DNA from: an uncultured Verrucomicrobiota bacterium
GTDB taxonomy: Bacteria > Verrucomicrobiota > Verrucomicrobiia > Opitutales > Seribacteraceae
DNA length: 64,000 bases
Assembly: GCA_902615835.1 (NCBI GenBank)
Contig: CACMQL010000002.1
Coordinates: forward strand, 7,952-71,951
Direction: 5' to 3'
Made by a program: the position numbers and the translations under genes. Shown piece by piece: positions 20,269-30,174 of the stretch (positions are counted from its first letter, which is position 1; each line of letters starts with the position of its first letter). The notes under the pieces are model-generated. The model ran no database searches and was not told the DNA's origin. It saw only the letters and a list, made by a program, of their open reading frames with translations.

Positions 20269-21839
20269 TTGGGCATGTCCCTGCCAAGTTCATAACAGGC
20301 AATCCCCTTTTCATTTCGGACCAGAAGCTTGGTTCCCACAAGACCAGGAGAAGTACATTTCAGGGCATTTAATTTGAACTTCTGTTCTTCACTCAGTTTT
20401 TCCGGTTCGGCTTTCACCGATATCAGGAAGGATCCATTGATTTCATAAGCCAGCACTTTTCCGCCGGCCAGAATGGGCGAGGAGATGTCATGCTTGGCGG
20501 GCACATTGCGGAGGACCTTACCGCTTTGCAGATCAATGCAAAGTCGCATGCCTGCTCCAAAAAGAATTGCTTTCTTTTCAAACACCAGCGGGCTTGAATC
20601 CGTCCGTCTGGTCAGTTTGGGAAATCTCCATTTTTCAGAAATTCCATCCAAGTTGGCATGAAAGCAAATTAGACCAACTTCTTCTTTTTTCCCGTGAACC
20701 ACGAGATGATTGCCAGAAGTTACTGGAGTGGATGCCCCTCCACCCGGGCCTTCCCATAAAGTCTTGCCGGTTTCTGGATTAACACAGAAGACAGTTTTGG
20801 ATGAATTACAAACGATTGAATTTTGCCAATCATTAAGCCACAGCACAGGGGAAGCTGTTTTTCCGCGGATCGATGTATTTTCCCAGACCTGGTTTCCTGA
20901 CATAGCATCGAAAGCCTGGAGAGTATTTGCCAACACCACAACTTTTCCTTCTGTGAAAAGCGGAGAACTGGCCACCGCCTCAGTTCCCAGTGAAGATTCC
21001 CAGACTAGTTTTCCATTTTCCGCAAGCACGCAAAACAAGCGGTTTCCACCCACGGCAAATATTTTTTGCCCGGCGAGACAGGGGGTGGAGGAAGAAGATC
21101 TCCCGGAAGGTACTCCCGATAAACTTGTTTTCCAAATTTGTTTTCCAGTCCGAAGATCCAAGGCCAAAAGAACATCGTCTGCCATTCTTCTGGTCGGAGG
21201 GACTTCCTGACTGATTTTCTCACGGATCTCTTCCGGGAAATCCTGTTTCCCAAGCCATTGATCCAAGGCGTTCTGCGTGGGGAAGACGCGGTCCCTGATG
21301 GTGAATATTCGGTCGATGACCCAAAGGGGAATGGCAAGTTTTCCTTGTTTGAAACGGGATGCGATCAGAGAGCCCTGTGTCATTTTTTGTTTCCGGTCCA
21401 AATGATCCGCAATCCATTGGGCAATCCATTCGTCAAGTTTGGACCCCCTCAGCCTGGGGCTGAGGGCAAGGCGGTCTTGTTCCGCTTTTTCCCTTAGCTC
21501 TTTGGGTAAGTTGACATTTCGAAGGCCTAATTTTCGCAATACTAAAGAATCGAGAATCCTCTCCTCGGAGGGTTCATTTCGATGCCAGACAACCGACAAG
21601 TAGGCTCTTTTCCCATCAGAGATTACACTTCCAAATCCACCGTCATCCCGACTTGGAATTTCGATACTTTCCCAAATCTTTTTGGGGAGAGTTTCTTCAA
21701 TGTTCTCAAGTAGATTAACGCCGGGGATGCCCTGACCGTCCCGGTTTGGACCCCGCCACTGGGGCCATGAATTGAGGTCCGCAAGCAGAAATGGAGTTAT
21801 GCTCAAAAGAAAACAGATAGATACAAATAATTTTTGCAT
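20265..21839 (-). CDS. PQQ-binding-like beta-propeller protein with an internal insertion
   Basis: WPQWRGPNRDG, SSTP/SSP blades; signal peptide from ATG 21839. Confidence 0.82.
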   Translation of the reverse strand: MQKLFVSICFLLSITPFLLADLNSWPQWRGPNRDGQGIPGVNLLENIEETLPKKIWESIEIPSRDDGGFGSVISDGKRAYLSVVWHRNEPSEERILDSLVLRKLGLRNVNLPKELREKAEQDRLALSPRLRGSKLDEWIAQWIADHLDRKQKMTQGSLIASRFKQGKLAIPLWVIDRIFTIRDRVFPTQNALDQWLGKQDFPEEIREKISQEVPPTRRMADDVLLALDLRTGKQIWKTSLSGVPSGRSSSSTPCLAGQKIFAVGGNRLFCVLAENGKLVWESSLGTEAVASSPLFTEGKVVVLANTLQAFDAMSGNQVWENTSIRGKTASPVLWLNDWQNSIVCNSSKTVFCVNPETGKTLWEGPGGGASTPVTSGNHLVVHGKKEEVGLICFHANLDGISEKWRFPKLTRRTDSSPLVFEKKAILFGAGMRLCIDLQSGKVLRNVPAKHDISSPILAGGKVLAYEINGSFLISVKAEPEKLSEEQKFKLNALKCTSPGLVGTKLLVRNEKGIACYELGRDMPN

Positions 21840-22018
21840 TTGTTCTTTTGACAAGATCATTAGTCCGACCGCAAGGTCAACTATTCGCAAATTATGATTT
21901 TTCCCTACCAAGAACGCATTCACCCCAAGTTCCTTCGCAAACATTTTCTAAAGTCGCCCAGAGCTTGTTCACTGGGTTTAGCCTGGTATCGCATTGTAAT
22001 CGAGGATTGGGGATATCG

Positions 22019-22219
22019 CTATTTTTGCTCTGCGTTGGCTTGTTCAAGGGGAAGTTTTTTCATGTCTGTTCCCAAAAAGTTGATTGAGACTGATAAGTTT
22101 CTGCTATCGACGATCATTTCAATTAGATTCTGATCAAGCATGGTTGGATCAATGGCGGTTTGAATATGAAATCTTCGGGGGCGAGGTTGCCTGTCGGGAA
22201 GCATGGGGTTGTATGTCAT
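22019..22219 (-). CDS. Small hypothetical ORF or gene remnant
   Basis: 66-aa ORF whose reading frame stays open ~110 nt upstream without a start; no motif. Confidence 0.25.
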   Translation of the reverse strand: MTYNPMLPDRQPRPRRFHIQTAIDPTMLDQNLIEMIVDSRNLSVSINFLGTDMKKLPLEQANAEQK

Positions 22220-22607
22220 TCCTTTAGAATTAGTTTTATCCAGAGTGCGGATGACATCATCCGGATGTAGTTGTTCAATCTCCCGTAGTATTTGATGAAA
22301 CCTTTTTCTTTGGTTACTGCTGACCCAAGGCTACCCATTTGACTAAGTCCAAAGAGATTCCCTCATGGGCATGCCTGAGCACTTGCTCACCTAGTTCAAT
22401 TTTACCTTGGGGCCTATGTTTATGGGTCTCGATTTGAAAAATGGAATCATCCTTGACTGCCGGTTGGTTCAGGTCTGATTGATCGCTGACTTTCATTACG
22501 AATGGAGAGAGTATTCAGGTCGGACCAAATTCTCCGATCCTTTGGAGGCGACAGAACTGTGGGCATTTTCAATTTTTCTGAACTATCAGTGGGGAAAGTC
22601 GGTTCAC

Positions 22608-25331
22608 TTACTGTAATGCTTCGAGAGCTTCCTTGATCTCTTTCAGTTTATGCTGATTGTCGGACAATTGCTTTTTGGCCCCGTTCACCACTTGCTCAGG
22701 TGCTTTGTCCACGAAAGAAGAATTCCTCAGTTTCGCTTCAATGCCCCGGATGATCCCTTCTAGGGTTGTGACCTCCTTATGGAGTCTTGTCCTTTCCGAT
22801 TTAATATCCACTCCCGTGCTGAGATCGAGGAAAAAGCTGCCTAACGGGGTCACGCAGGCAGGCAAGCCGGAGGGAGTGGAATCCGCCTTTTTAAGGGCCG
22901 AGGCTCCGGCCATGGTCAGAATCGAAGCTTGCCTGTCTTTGATCGAAGCTTCATCTTTCGGATTCGTCATATAGAAAAATTCAACCTGTCGATTATTGGA
23001 AAGATTTCTTTCCGCTTTCAACGCCCTTAGGTGAGTAATCAGTTCGCGGGTCCTGCTTACTTCATCCAAGCTTTTGGGATCTAATTCAAAACCCTGCTTC
23101 CTGAGCGTGTTTATCAAGTCCGCACCTTTACCTGGAGAAAATCCCTGTATGCTTTGTCCATTGGCGAACCCAAGAACAAACCAAAGCTCTTCGGTGATAA
23201 AGGGAGTAAAGGGGTGCAGAAGTAGCAAGATTTGACGCAGGCAAATGTCCTGAATCGCTAAACAGGTTTCCTTGTCTTCCCCATTAGACATTCTGGGTTT
23301 TGAAACTTCAATATACCAGTCGCAGAAGTCAGTCCAGAAAAAGTGGTAGATGACATGGAGTACGGAATTAAATTCATAAGCCTCGTAGAGCCGATCCACA
23401 TCATTCAAGGTTTCGGCTAGCCTTAGAAGGATGGCCTGGTCGTCTCTGGTAATTTGTTCGCTCTGTATACGCAGGAGAATCAATTCAATGATCGAGTTGT
23501 CTTGTGGGGTGCCGGACATTTGACGGAATCGGCATACATTCCACAATTTATTACAGAAATTACGGCCTTGCTCAATCCGCTCCTCGGAGAAACGGATGTC
23601 CTGACCCTTGGGGGCAATGCTCATGATTCCATGTCGTAAGCCGTCTGCTCCATACTTGGCAATTAATTCGAGAGGATCAGGCGAGTTACCCAAGGATTTA
23701 GACATTTTACGACCATCAGAATCCCGAATAATACCAGTGAAATAGACTTCCTTGAAAGGAACCCGCTTGGCTATTTCTGCTTCTGTAAGTTTGATGTCCT
23801 TCTTCTTCTCTATTCCTTTAAATTCCAGTCCGGCCATAATCATCCGGGCCACCCAAAAGAAAATAATATCCGGGCCTGTAACCAGGGCGGAGGTAGGATA
23901 AAAATAGTCGAAGCCTTTGGTTTCCATGGCTTCTTCATCAGGCCAACCTAGAGTCGCTAATGGCCATAACCATGAAGATGCCCATGTGTCGAGTACATCT
24001 TCGTCCTGTTTCCAATTATGAATATCTTTGGGGGGCTTATTGCCCACATACCAATTGGCAGGATCTGACCGGACTCCTCCTTTCCGATACCAGACGGGGA
24101 TACGGTGTCCCCACCACAACTGGCGACTGATGCACCAGTCCTGAATATTTTCAAGCCAATGCAGATAAGTTTTTTCCCAGCGTTTGGGGAAGAAGGAAAT
24201 ATGACCATCCTTGACTGCTCGTTTCGCCTCCTCGATTCTCGGGTATTTGAGGAACCACTGCTCGGATAATCTTGGCTCGATCGGTACATCCGCTCTTTCC
24301 GAAAACCCAACATTGTTTTCATAAGGTTCGCTTTCGATCAGCAATCCTTCTTCGTCTAAATTTTTAACCATGATCCTGCGGGCGGCAAAGCGCTCCATGC
24401 CTCTGTAGTTGTGCCCAGCGTGTTCATTCAGGGTGCCATCCGCATTGAGGATTTCGATGATCGGTAAGTCATGCCGCTTCGCAATTTCAAAATCTAATTT
24501 ATCATGGGCAGGAGTTATTTTTAAAACCCCTGTACCAAAATCACGCTGTACCGCCTCGTCTGCCACAATCGGAAGGGCTTTCGGATTGATCGGTCTCAGT
24601 ACATGTTTGCCCTTAAGATTTTTCCAGCGTGGATCTTCCGGGTGTATGGCTAAGGCTACATCTCCAACGATCGTTTCGGGTCGAGTCGTCGAAACTTCAA
24701 CATAGGCACCAGGAGTTTCTAGAATATTATATCGAACTTTGTAAAGAAAGCTCTTCTGTGGCTTCATGATTACCTCTTCATCGGAGAGTGCTGTCAAACC
24801 GGCCGGGCACCAATTCACCATTCTCTGTCCACGGTATACATATCCTCGCTTGTACAATTTAACGAATGCATCGATGACCGCTTCGGAATAATCATCATCC
24901 AAAGTATGCACATTTCGTTTCCAATCACAGGAACAGCCCAGTTTCTGTAATTGTTTAAGGATGATTCCTCCATGTTTATCCCGCCAGAGTGCAGCATGTT
25001 CTAGGAAATTAGCCCGACCCAGTTCTTGCCTCGATTTACCTTCCTTAAGCAGTGCCTGTTCCACCTTGGTCTGGGTTGCAATACCAGCATGATCAGTCCC
25101 CGGTAACCAAAGGACGGACTTGCCTTCCTGCCTGGCCCGCCGGGCCAGGATGTCCTGAATGGTGTTGTTAAGCACATGGCCCATGGTCAACACTCCGGTG
25201 ACATTCGGAGGCGGAATTACAATGGAGTAGGAATCCTTGCTCTGGTCGATTTTTCCAGAGAAGCATCTTTCTTTTAACCATTTTTGATAAAGCCGGTCCT
25301 CGACTTCTTGGGGGGAATATGCTTTTTCCAT
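22608..25331 (-). CDS. valS: Valine--tRNA ligase
   Basis: PPPNVTG.LTMGH, GTDHAGIATQ, WCISRQLWWGHRIP, KMSKS, C-terminal coiled coil. Confidence 0.97.
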   Translation of the reverse strand: MEKAYSPQEVEDRLYQKWLKERCFSGKIDQSKDSYSIVIPPPNVTGVLTMGHVLNNTIQDILARRARQEGKSVLWLPGTDHAGIATQTKVEQALLKEGKSRQELGRANFLEHAALWRDKHGGIILKQLQKLGCSCDWKRNVHTLDDDYSEAVIDAFVKLYKRGYVYRGQRMVNWCPAGLTALSDEEVIMKPQKSFLYKVRYNILETPGAYVEVSTTRPETIVGDVALAIHPEDPRWKNLKGKHVLRPINPKALPIVADEAVQRDFGTGVLKITPAHDKLDFEIAKRHDLPIIEILNADGTLNEHAGHNYRGMERFAARRIMVKNLDEEGLLIESEPYENNVGFSERADVPIEPRLSEQWFLKYPRIEEAKRAVKDGHISFFPKRWEKTYLHWLENIQDWCISRQLWWGHRIPVWYRKGGVRSDPANWYVGNKPPKDIHNWKQDEDVLDTWASSWLWPLATLGWPDEEAMETKGFDYFYPTSALVTGPDIIFFWVARMIMAGLEFKGIEKKKDIKLTEAEIAKRVPFKEVYFTGIIRDSDGRKMSKSLGNSPDPLELIAKYGADGLRHGIMSIAPKGQDIRFSEERIEQGRNFCNKLWNVCRFRQMSGTPQDNSIIELILLRIQSEQITRDDQAILLRLAETLNDVDRLYEAYEFNSVLHVIYHFFWTDFCDWYIEVSKPRMSNGEDKETCLAIQDICLRQILLLLHPFTPFITEELWFVLGFANGQSIQGFSPGKGADLINTLRKQGFELDPKSLDEVSRTRELITHLRALKAERNLSNNRQVEFFYMTNPKDEASIKDRQASILTMAGASALKKADSTPSGLPACVTPLGSFFLDLSTGVDIKSERTRLHKEVTTLEGIIRGIEAKLRNSSFVDKAPEQVVNGAKKQLSDNQHKLKEIKEALEALQ

Positions 25332-25348
25332 AGGGGTTGGGGTTTTTA

Positions 25349-26086
25349 TTAGCGCATTCTCTTGGGATGGCGAGAAAAAGCTCGGGAATGTCCGCCTTGG
25401 AATAGTTTGACTCCGCTTTTCTTGAACAATGGGGTCAGGAGGAACCCCCCGGCAAAGCCACCCAGATGAGCTGCAATTGCCACCCCACCGGCGTTTTTCA
25501 TCGATTCCGGAAAAAGTAAAAACTGCTCAACCAACCAAATTCCGAGCACGAGATAGGCGGGTACCATCACGGTTCCGATCAGAATGAAAACCCAGTAAAA
25601 AACCCGGATGTTGGCTCTGGGGTATAGCAGTAAATATCCACCTATGACTCCAGATATTGCTCCTGATGCCCCCACCATGGGAACCTGGGAACCAGGGTTC
25701 AAAAACGCCTGTGCCAGAGCAGCCAGCAATCCGCATCCAAGATAAAAAACCAGGTAGCGAAATTTCCCCATCGCATCCTCCAGGTTGTCTCCGTACAGAT
25801 AGAGGAAAAGCATATTCCCAAGCAAATGGGCAATTCCACCATGGCTGAACATGGAAGTTATGACCGAATACCATTCCCATGCGATTCCCTCCATGGAAGG
25901 ATAAAAAAATTGGCCGAAGAAGGTAGCTGGAATAAAGCCAAAATTTGAAAAATAGGCCATTTGTTCTTTTGGACCCAACGGCAATTGCAAAGTGAAAAAG
26001 ACCCACAGGTTGGTTAAAATAAACAACCAATTTACCAACGGAAAAGAACGGGTCGGGTTGTCATCCCTGTAAGGAAGAAAAAACAT
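25349..26086 (-). CDS. Rhomboid intramembrane serine protease
   Basis: HLLGNMLFL, GASGA, AHLGG. Confidence 0.93.
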   Translation of the reverse strand: MFFLPYRDDNPTRSFPLVNWLFILTNLWVFFTLQLPLGPKEQMAYFSNFGFIPATFFGQFFYPSMEGIAWEWYSVITSMFSHGGIAHLLGNMLFLYLYGDNLEDAMGKFRYLVFYLGCGLLAALAQAFLNPGSQVPMVGASGAISGVIGGYLLLYPRANIRVFYWVFILIGTVMVPAYLVLGIWLVEQFLLFPESMKNAGGVAIAAHLGGFAGGFLLTPLFKKSGVKLFQGGHSRAFSRHPKRMR

Positions 26087-26113
26087 GATGCCTCCTTAGT
26101 AAGGCGTAAATAA

Positions 26114-26434
26114 TTGTCGGGCAAGCGGACAAATGAATTGCCATGCACAAAGGCTCGAAATACTTATATTTTGATTAGTTGGACACCTTCATCTTTAGGG
26201 ATTTTTCGAACAGATTCAGGGATAACCCTGTCTTTTGGACCCAATACTTATTTTATCGATGCAGAAGATCCCTTCCACAATATTGCCTGTAAGGCTCTCG
26301 AAGTAGAAGATTATATTCCTCTGTATGTTGAAATTGCCAAGCGGGAAGGGGTGGGGCCTGAATTTCGAAATAGGCTTCTCGATATGATTGCAATGGCAAA
26401 GGGGGAGAGTTTCGACCCTACGGATTCAAAATAG
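26114..26434 (+). CDS. Hypothetical protein (true start probably downstream, e.g. TTG ~26171)
   Basis: Only sizeable ORF in the gap; protein-like composition. Confidence 0.5.
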   Translation: MSGKRTNELPCTKARNTYILISWTPSSLGIFRTDSGITLSFGPNTYFIDAEDPFHNIACKALEVEDYIPLYVEIAKREGVGPEFRNRLLDMIAMAKGESFDPTDSK

Positions 26435-26539
26435 CTCTTGCAGTTCCAAGTACAAAGAAAAAGGTGTAAATAAATTTAGGATTTAAGTTATTATTTTAAA
26501 GTTTTTTACTTTCAAAAGTAAAAAAATTATAACTTATTT

Positions 26540-27442
26540 ATGGTTATGTGTAACGTTATTTCCTATGTCAAAGTTCTGCAAAAACCTGTTTTCCTCCTGC
26601 AGACGAGTATGCTCACCCTTTTTCTTCTAGGTTGTGGGGATGATCAATGGAACTTGGAAGTTCTCAATAAAACCAATCCGTTGCATCCATATCGTATCCA
26701 AAAGATTGACCTGAATGGTTCCGTGTCCATGGAAATGATCTGGGCTTCGGCCGGTTCTTTCATCATGGGTAGCCCAGAAACAGAGAAAGGAAGACAGACT
26801 GGGCGAGAAGAAGAGCATGAAGTGGTTTTGAAGAAAGGATTTTTCCTCGGTAAATACGAGGTTACGCAACTTCAGTATCTTGCGGTGATGCAGGGCGGTA
26901 AGGCAAAGATTAATGAAAACCCCAGCCAATTTACCGGGTCCGACCTTCCGGTTGAAAAAGTTTCATGGATCGATGCTCAACTTTTTATTAAACGGCTAAA
27001 TCACTATGCTTCAAAGTTGAAAATGTTGCCTTTCGGCTGGCAATTTTCTCTTCCCACGGAATCAGAGTGGGAATATGCCTGCCGGGCGGGAACCAAGACT
27101 ACCTATTCATGGGGCAACACTATCAGGGAAACTGACACAAATTGGGCTTCTCCTAATGGTACAAGACAAACCCGTAAAGTAGGATCGTATGATCCAAATC
27201 CATGGGGATTTTACGATATGCACGGAAATGTCCGCGAGTGGGTCAATGATTGGTATGCGGAAGAGTATCCTCTGGGCAGAGCAGAGGACCCACAAGGACC
27301 GGAAGAGGGTGCCTATCGGGTTGCAAGAGGTGGTTCCTGGAATGATACCCCCTCCTTTCTTCGTTCAGCAGACAGACAAAACGGTAGTCCAGACGCCCGG
27401 TATCACGCTCTCGGCTTTCGGGTTTGTTTAAAAAAGGGATAG
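26540..27442 (+). CDS. FGE-sulfatase (SUMF1) domain protein, probable lipoprotein, lacking catalytic cysteines
   Basis: FIMGSP, YEVTQ, PVEKVSW, LPTESEWEYACRAG, NPWGFYDMHGNVREW, RGGSW, GFRV; lipobox LLGC. Confidence 0.88.
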   Translation: MVMCNVISYVKVLQKPVFLLQTSMLTLFLLGCGDDQWNLEVLNKTNPLHPYRIQKIDLNGSVSMEMIWASAGSFIMGSPETEKGRQTGREEEHEVVLKKGFFLGKYEVTQLQYLAVMQGGKAKINENPSQFTGSDLPVEKVSWIDAQLFIKRLNHYASKLKMLPFGWQFSLPTESEWEYACRAGTKTTYSWGNTIRETDTNWASPNGTRQTRKVGSYDPNPWGFYDMHGNVREWVNDWYAEEYPLGRAEDPQGPEEGAYRVARGGSWNDTPSFLRSADRQNGSPDARYHALGFRVCLKKG

Positions 27443-27475
27443 TTTTGGCTTTGACTCTTCCGGGGAAGCTTTTCT

Positions 27476-27910
27476 TTAGATGTCAATGACATCATCGTCT
27501 GGTCTTGGCTTGGAACCAGCTTGAAAACCGGCACTCGTAGAAGTGAAGCCTTTGGGAAAACGGACTTTGAACTGCCTGGCCAGTGATTTGCGGATTCCGG
27601 GTACCATCATGGCAAAGCCAAAAATATCCGTGAGGATCCCGGGTGTGAGCAGAACCAACCCACCCACTAGAATCATCGCCCCCTCCGCCAGTTCCTGGGT
27701 CGGGGCCCGCCCCTGCCTCAGCTCGTTTTGAATCCTGGCAAGAGTGGAAAGTCCCTGCTGACGGGCTAGAGTTGCTCCAATTATGCCGGTTAAGACGATT
27801 AATCCAATGGTTGGCATCGGACCGATACGGGCTCCCAGCATGATTAGCAAATAAAGCTCGATCATGGGGAGAAAAACAAATAGCAGTAGCAACCGTCCGA
27901 ACATAACCAC
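27476..27910 (-). CDS. fxsA: FxsA family membrane protein
   Basis: LP.IELYLL, ARQQG, GGLVLLTPGILTD, C-terminal DVID. Confidence 0.9.
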   Translation of the reverse strand: MVMFGRLLLLFVFLPMIELYLLIMLGARIGPMPTIGLIVLTGIIGATLARQQGLSTLARIQNELRQGRAPTQELAEGAMILVGGLVLLTPGILTDIFGFAMMVPGIRKSLARQFKVRFPKGFTSTSAGFQAGSKPRPDDDVIDI

Positions 27911-27959
27911 CTTTTATGCAGAATGGTGGGGACTGTCAATGGATTGAGGATATTTCAAT

Positions 27960-30104
27960 CTATTCTTGAATCCATCTCCATGACTTTAAATCCGGATCAA
28001 ATTCATGCCACTTCCGATTTCCCCCCTTCCATCCGAGCCACTTGGATTCACTTTGGTAATATTCCCAAGATGCCGAGTTGTAATCAAAAGCATAGGGCCA
28101 TCCGTGATATTTCCAACCTACCTTTGCTTTGGTTGGTAGTGTTTCCCAACTGGAATTGCTTCCGGAACTTTGCCAGCGGTAAGTTTGAATTGGATCGGTT
28201 GCGAGATAATGCCACTGATCATCCATTGCTGAGTAGACCCATTTTTCCAGATGATAATGCCATCCCTCGTCCAAAAAAACCTTGGCCTCTTCCGCTTTTG
28301 CCAGGGCAGCCCTCGCGTTAATGATTCCTCCGCTCAGAACTTTTTCGGACAACCCTTCGACCTGACGAACCGTGGCCAGAAGGATTTGACGAAGTTGCTT
28401 GGTGGAGATTTCCGGACGGTGGGAGAGAACCATGGCGGCAACTCCTGAAACCACTGGAGCGGCAAAGGAGGTGCCGCTGACAAAGGCATACTGCTCACTT
28501 CCTTGCTCAAAGGAGGATACCCCTGAGATTTCTAGGTCATCAAGGTATACCCCGTCCGCCGTTCTAAAGCTGTCAGTCACCAGACGAAACCTCAGACGGA
28601 TCGATTGCCCGTCAAACGAGGACAGGTCAAATTGATAAAGAGATCCCCCCCGTTTACTCCTGCCGTAGACTTGTCCAACCGGGGTCCAGGATTCTGTTCC
28701 AGCCGAAGTGACTTCTATCCAAAGTGTATCATACGAAAAGAATAAAAAACTACTCGCCAGATCATGGTAGATTCGAATTTTCAGGGTGGTGCCCTTGGTG
28801 CCGGAAAGATCAATCGTTGGGCTCTGAAGCGAGGAATTTAAGTTGTTTCCATAGTCGGCAAGATATCCGAATTCATCATAAGCACTGTCAGTGAGCCAAC
28901 GGTTGCCATTCTGATCGGTGAGTCTTTCCCAAGTTGATCCAAGACCGGTGGTGGAAAATTGCCATCCGGATAAATCGCCCTCAAAGTTTTCTGCCTGCAG
29001 GGTTTTTCTGGAAAGGTCAGGAGTGAGCATGTTGACCCCCGGTGCAGCCAAGTCCACGGTTCTTTTCCCGAAGTTGGAAAAAATTGCGAGTTCATCGTAT
29101 TCATCCGTCGCCGCCACGGACAAAATTACATTTCCCAAATAACTTGCGGGATAAAAGGGAGTGATTTCTAGATCGTCACCCTTGCCATCCATTCCTCCGT
29201 TTCCAGCTGCACAGACCATAAGTACATCAAAATTTTCTTCCAAATTGTAAAGCGCATCTTGGATGGGAATCGAAAAGGCACTTCCCTTGCCCAGACTGAG
29301 ATTGATGATTCGGACTCCTCCTAAAATAGAATAACCCAGAGCGGACAGAATGCGGTCGTCGGTTGCACCCCCACCGTATTCATTAAACACCCTCATGGGT
29401 AGAATGACCGCATTGGGAGCAACCCCTGAAATGCCGATCCCATTCTCGGCATGGGCAGCCAAAATTCCGGCAACTTGGGTCCCGTGTCCATTAAGATCCG
29501 AAGGATCATTGTCATTGCCGATAAAGTCCCACCCGTGGGTATCATCAATGTAACCAAGTCCGTCATCATCCACTCCCGAAGTACCGTTCATTTCGGTCGG
29601 CATGTAAGAACGTCGGTCTTTAAGTTCTGGATGGTCAGCGGATATACCCGTGTCAATTACCGAGACTACCACCCGTTGCTGACGTGGGTTGTAATCATCG
29701 ACCGCATCGATCCATCCAATGTCAGAACCTGTTTTTGTCTGCCTGAAATTCACCGGATTACCCTTGTTTTCAAGATACCATTGTTCAGCGAGTCTGGGTT
29801 CATTGGTGTCGATTTTTTGCGTGTCCTGAATATGATTATAATCAGCAAAAAGGACGGCTTCTTCCCGTCTTAAAAGAGAAATGATTTTCCCGATTGGCAA
29901 ACTTGAATTACTTTCGTACAGGGATGCACGGGTGAGAATGAAATCCTTAATTTTTTTGAGTTTATATTTGTGGATTATTTTCATTCGCTCTTCCCTTGGT
30001 AGCTCGGGCTTGAAGCATACAAAGCATTGATTTATGACCACTTCCGCGAAAGCGATTCTCGACACAAGAATGATGATGAAAAGATGCTTGATGAAGAGAA
30101 TCAA
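27960..30104 (-). CDS. Secreted S8 (subtilisin-like) serine peptidase with an inserted beta-sandwich domain
   Basis: VIDTG (Asp), HGTQVAG (His), AAGN, SGTSFAAP (Ser). Confidence 0.92.
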   Translation of the reverse strand: MILFIKHLFIIILVSRIAFAEVVINQCFVCFKPELPREERMKIIHKYKLKKIKDFILTRASLYESNSSLPIGKIISLLRREEAVLFADYNHIQDTQKIDTNEPRLAEQWYLENKGNPVNFRQTKTGSDIGWIDAVDDYNPRQQRVVVSVIDTGISADHPELKDRRSYMPTEMNGTSGVDDDGLGYIDDTHGWDFIGNDNDPSDLNGHGTQVAGILAAHAENGIGISGVAPNAVILPMRVFNEYGGGATDDRILSALGYSILGGVRIINLSLGKGSAFSIPIQDALYNLEENFDVLMVCAAGNGGMDGKGDDLEITPFYPASYLGNVILSVAATDEYDELAIFSNFGKRTVDLAAPGVNMLTPDLSRKTLQAENFEGDLSGWQFSTTGLGSTWERLTDQNGNRWLTDSAYDEFGYLADYGNNLNSSLQSPTIDLSGTKGTTLKIRIYHDLASSFLFFSYDTLWIEVTSAGTESWTPVGQVYGRSKRGGSLYQFDLSSFDGQSIRLRFRLVTDSFRTADGVYLDDLEISGVSSFEQGSEQYAFVSGTSFAAPVVSGVAAMVLSHRPEISTKQLRQILLATVRQVEGLSEKVLSGGIINARAALAKAEEAKVFLDEGWHYHLEKWVYSAMDDQWHYLATDPIQTYRWQSSGSNSSWETLPTKAKVGWKYHGWPYAFDYNSASWEYYQSESKWLGWKGGNRKWHEFDPDLKSWRWIQE

Positions 30105-30174
30105 GTTTTTATGGGGATTTAAGAGGTGACCTGAAATAAAAAAAAACTTATTCTATGACTTCCTTATTCTCAAT

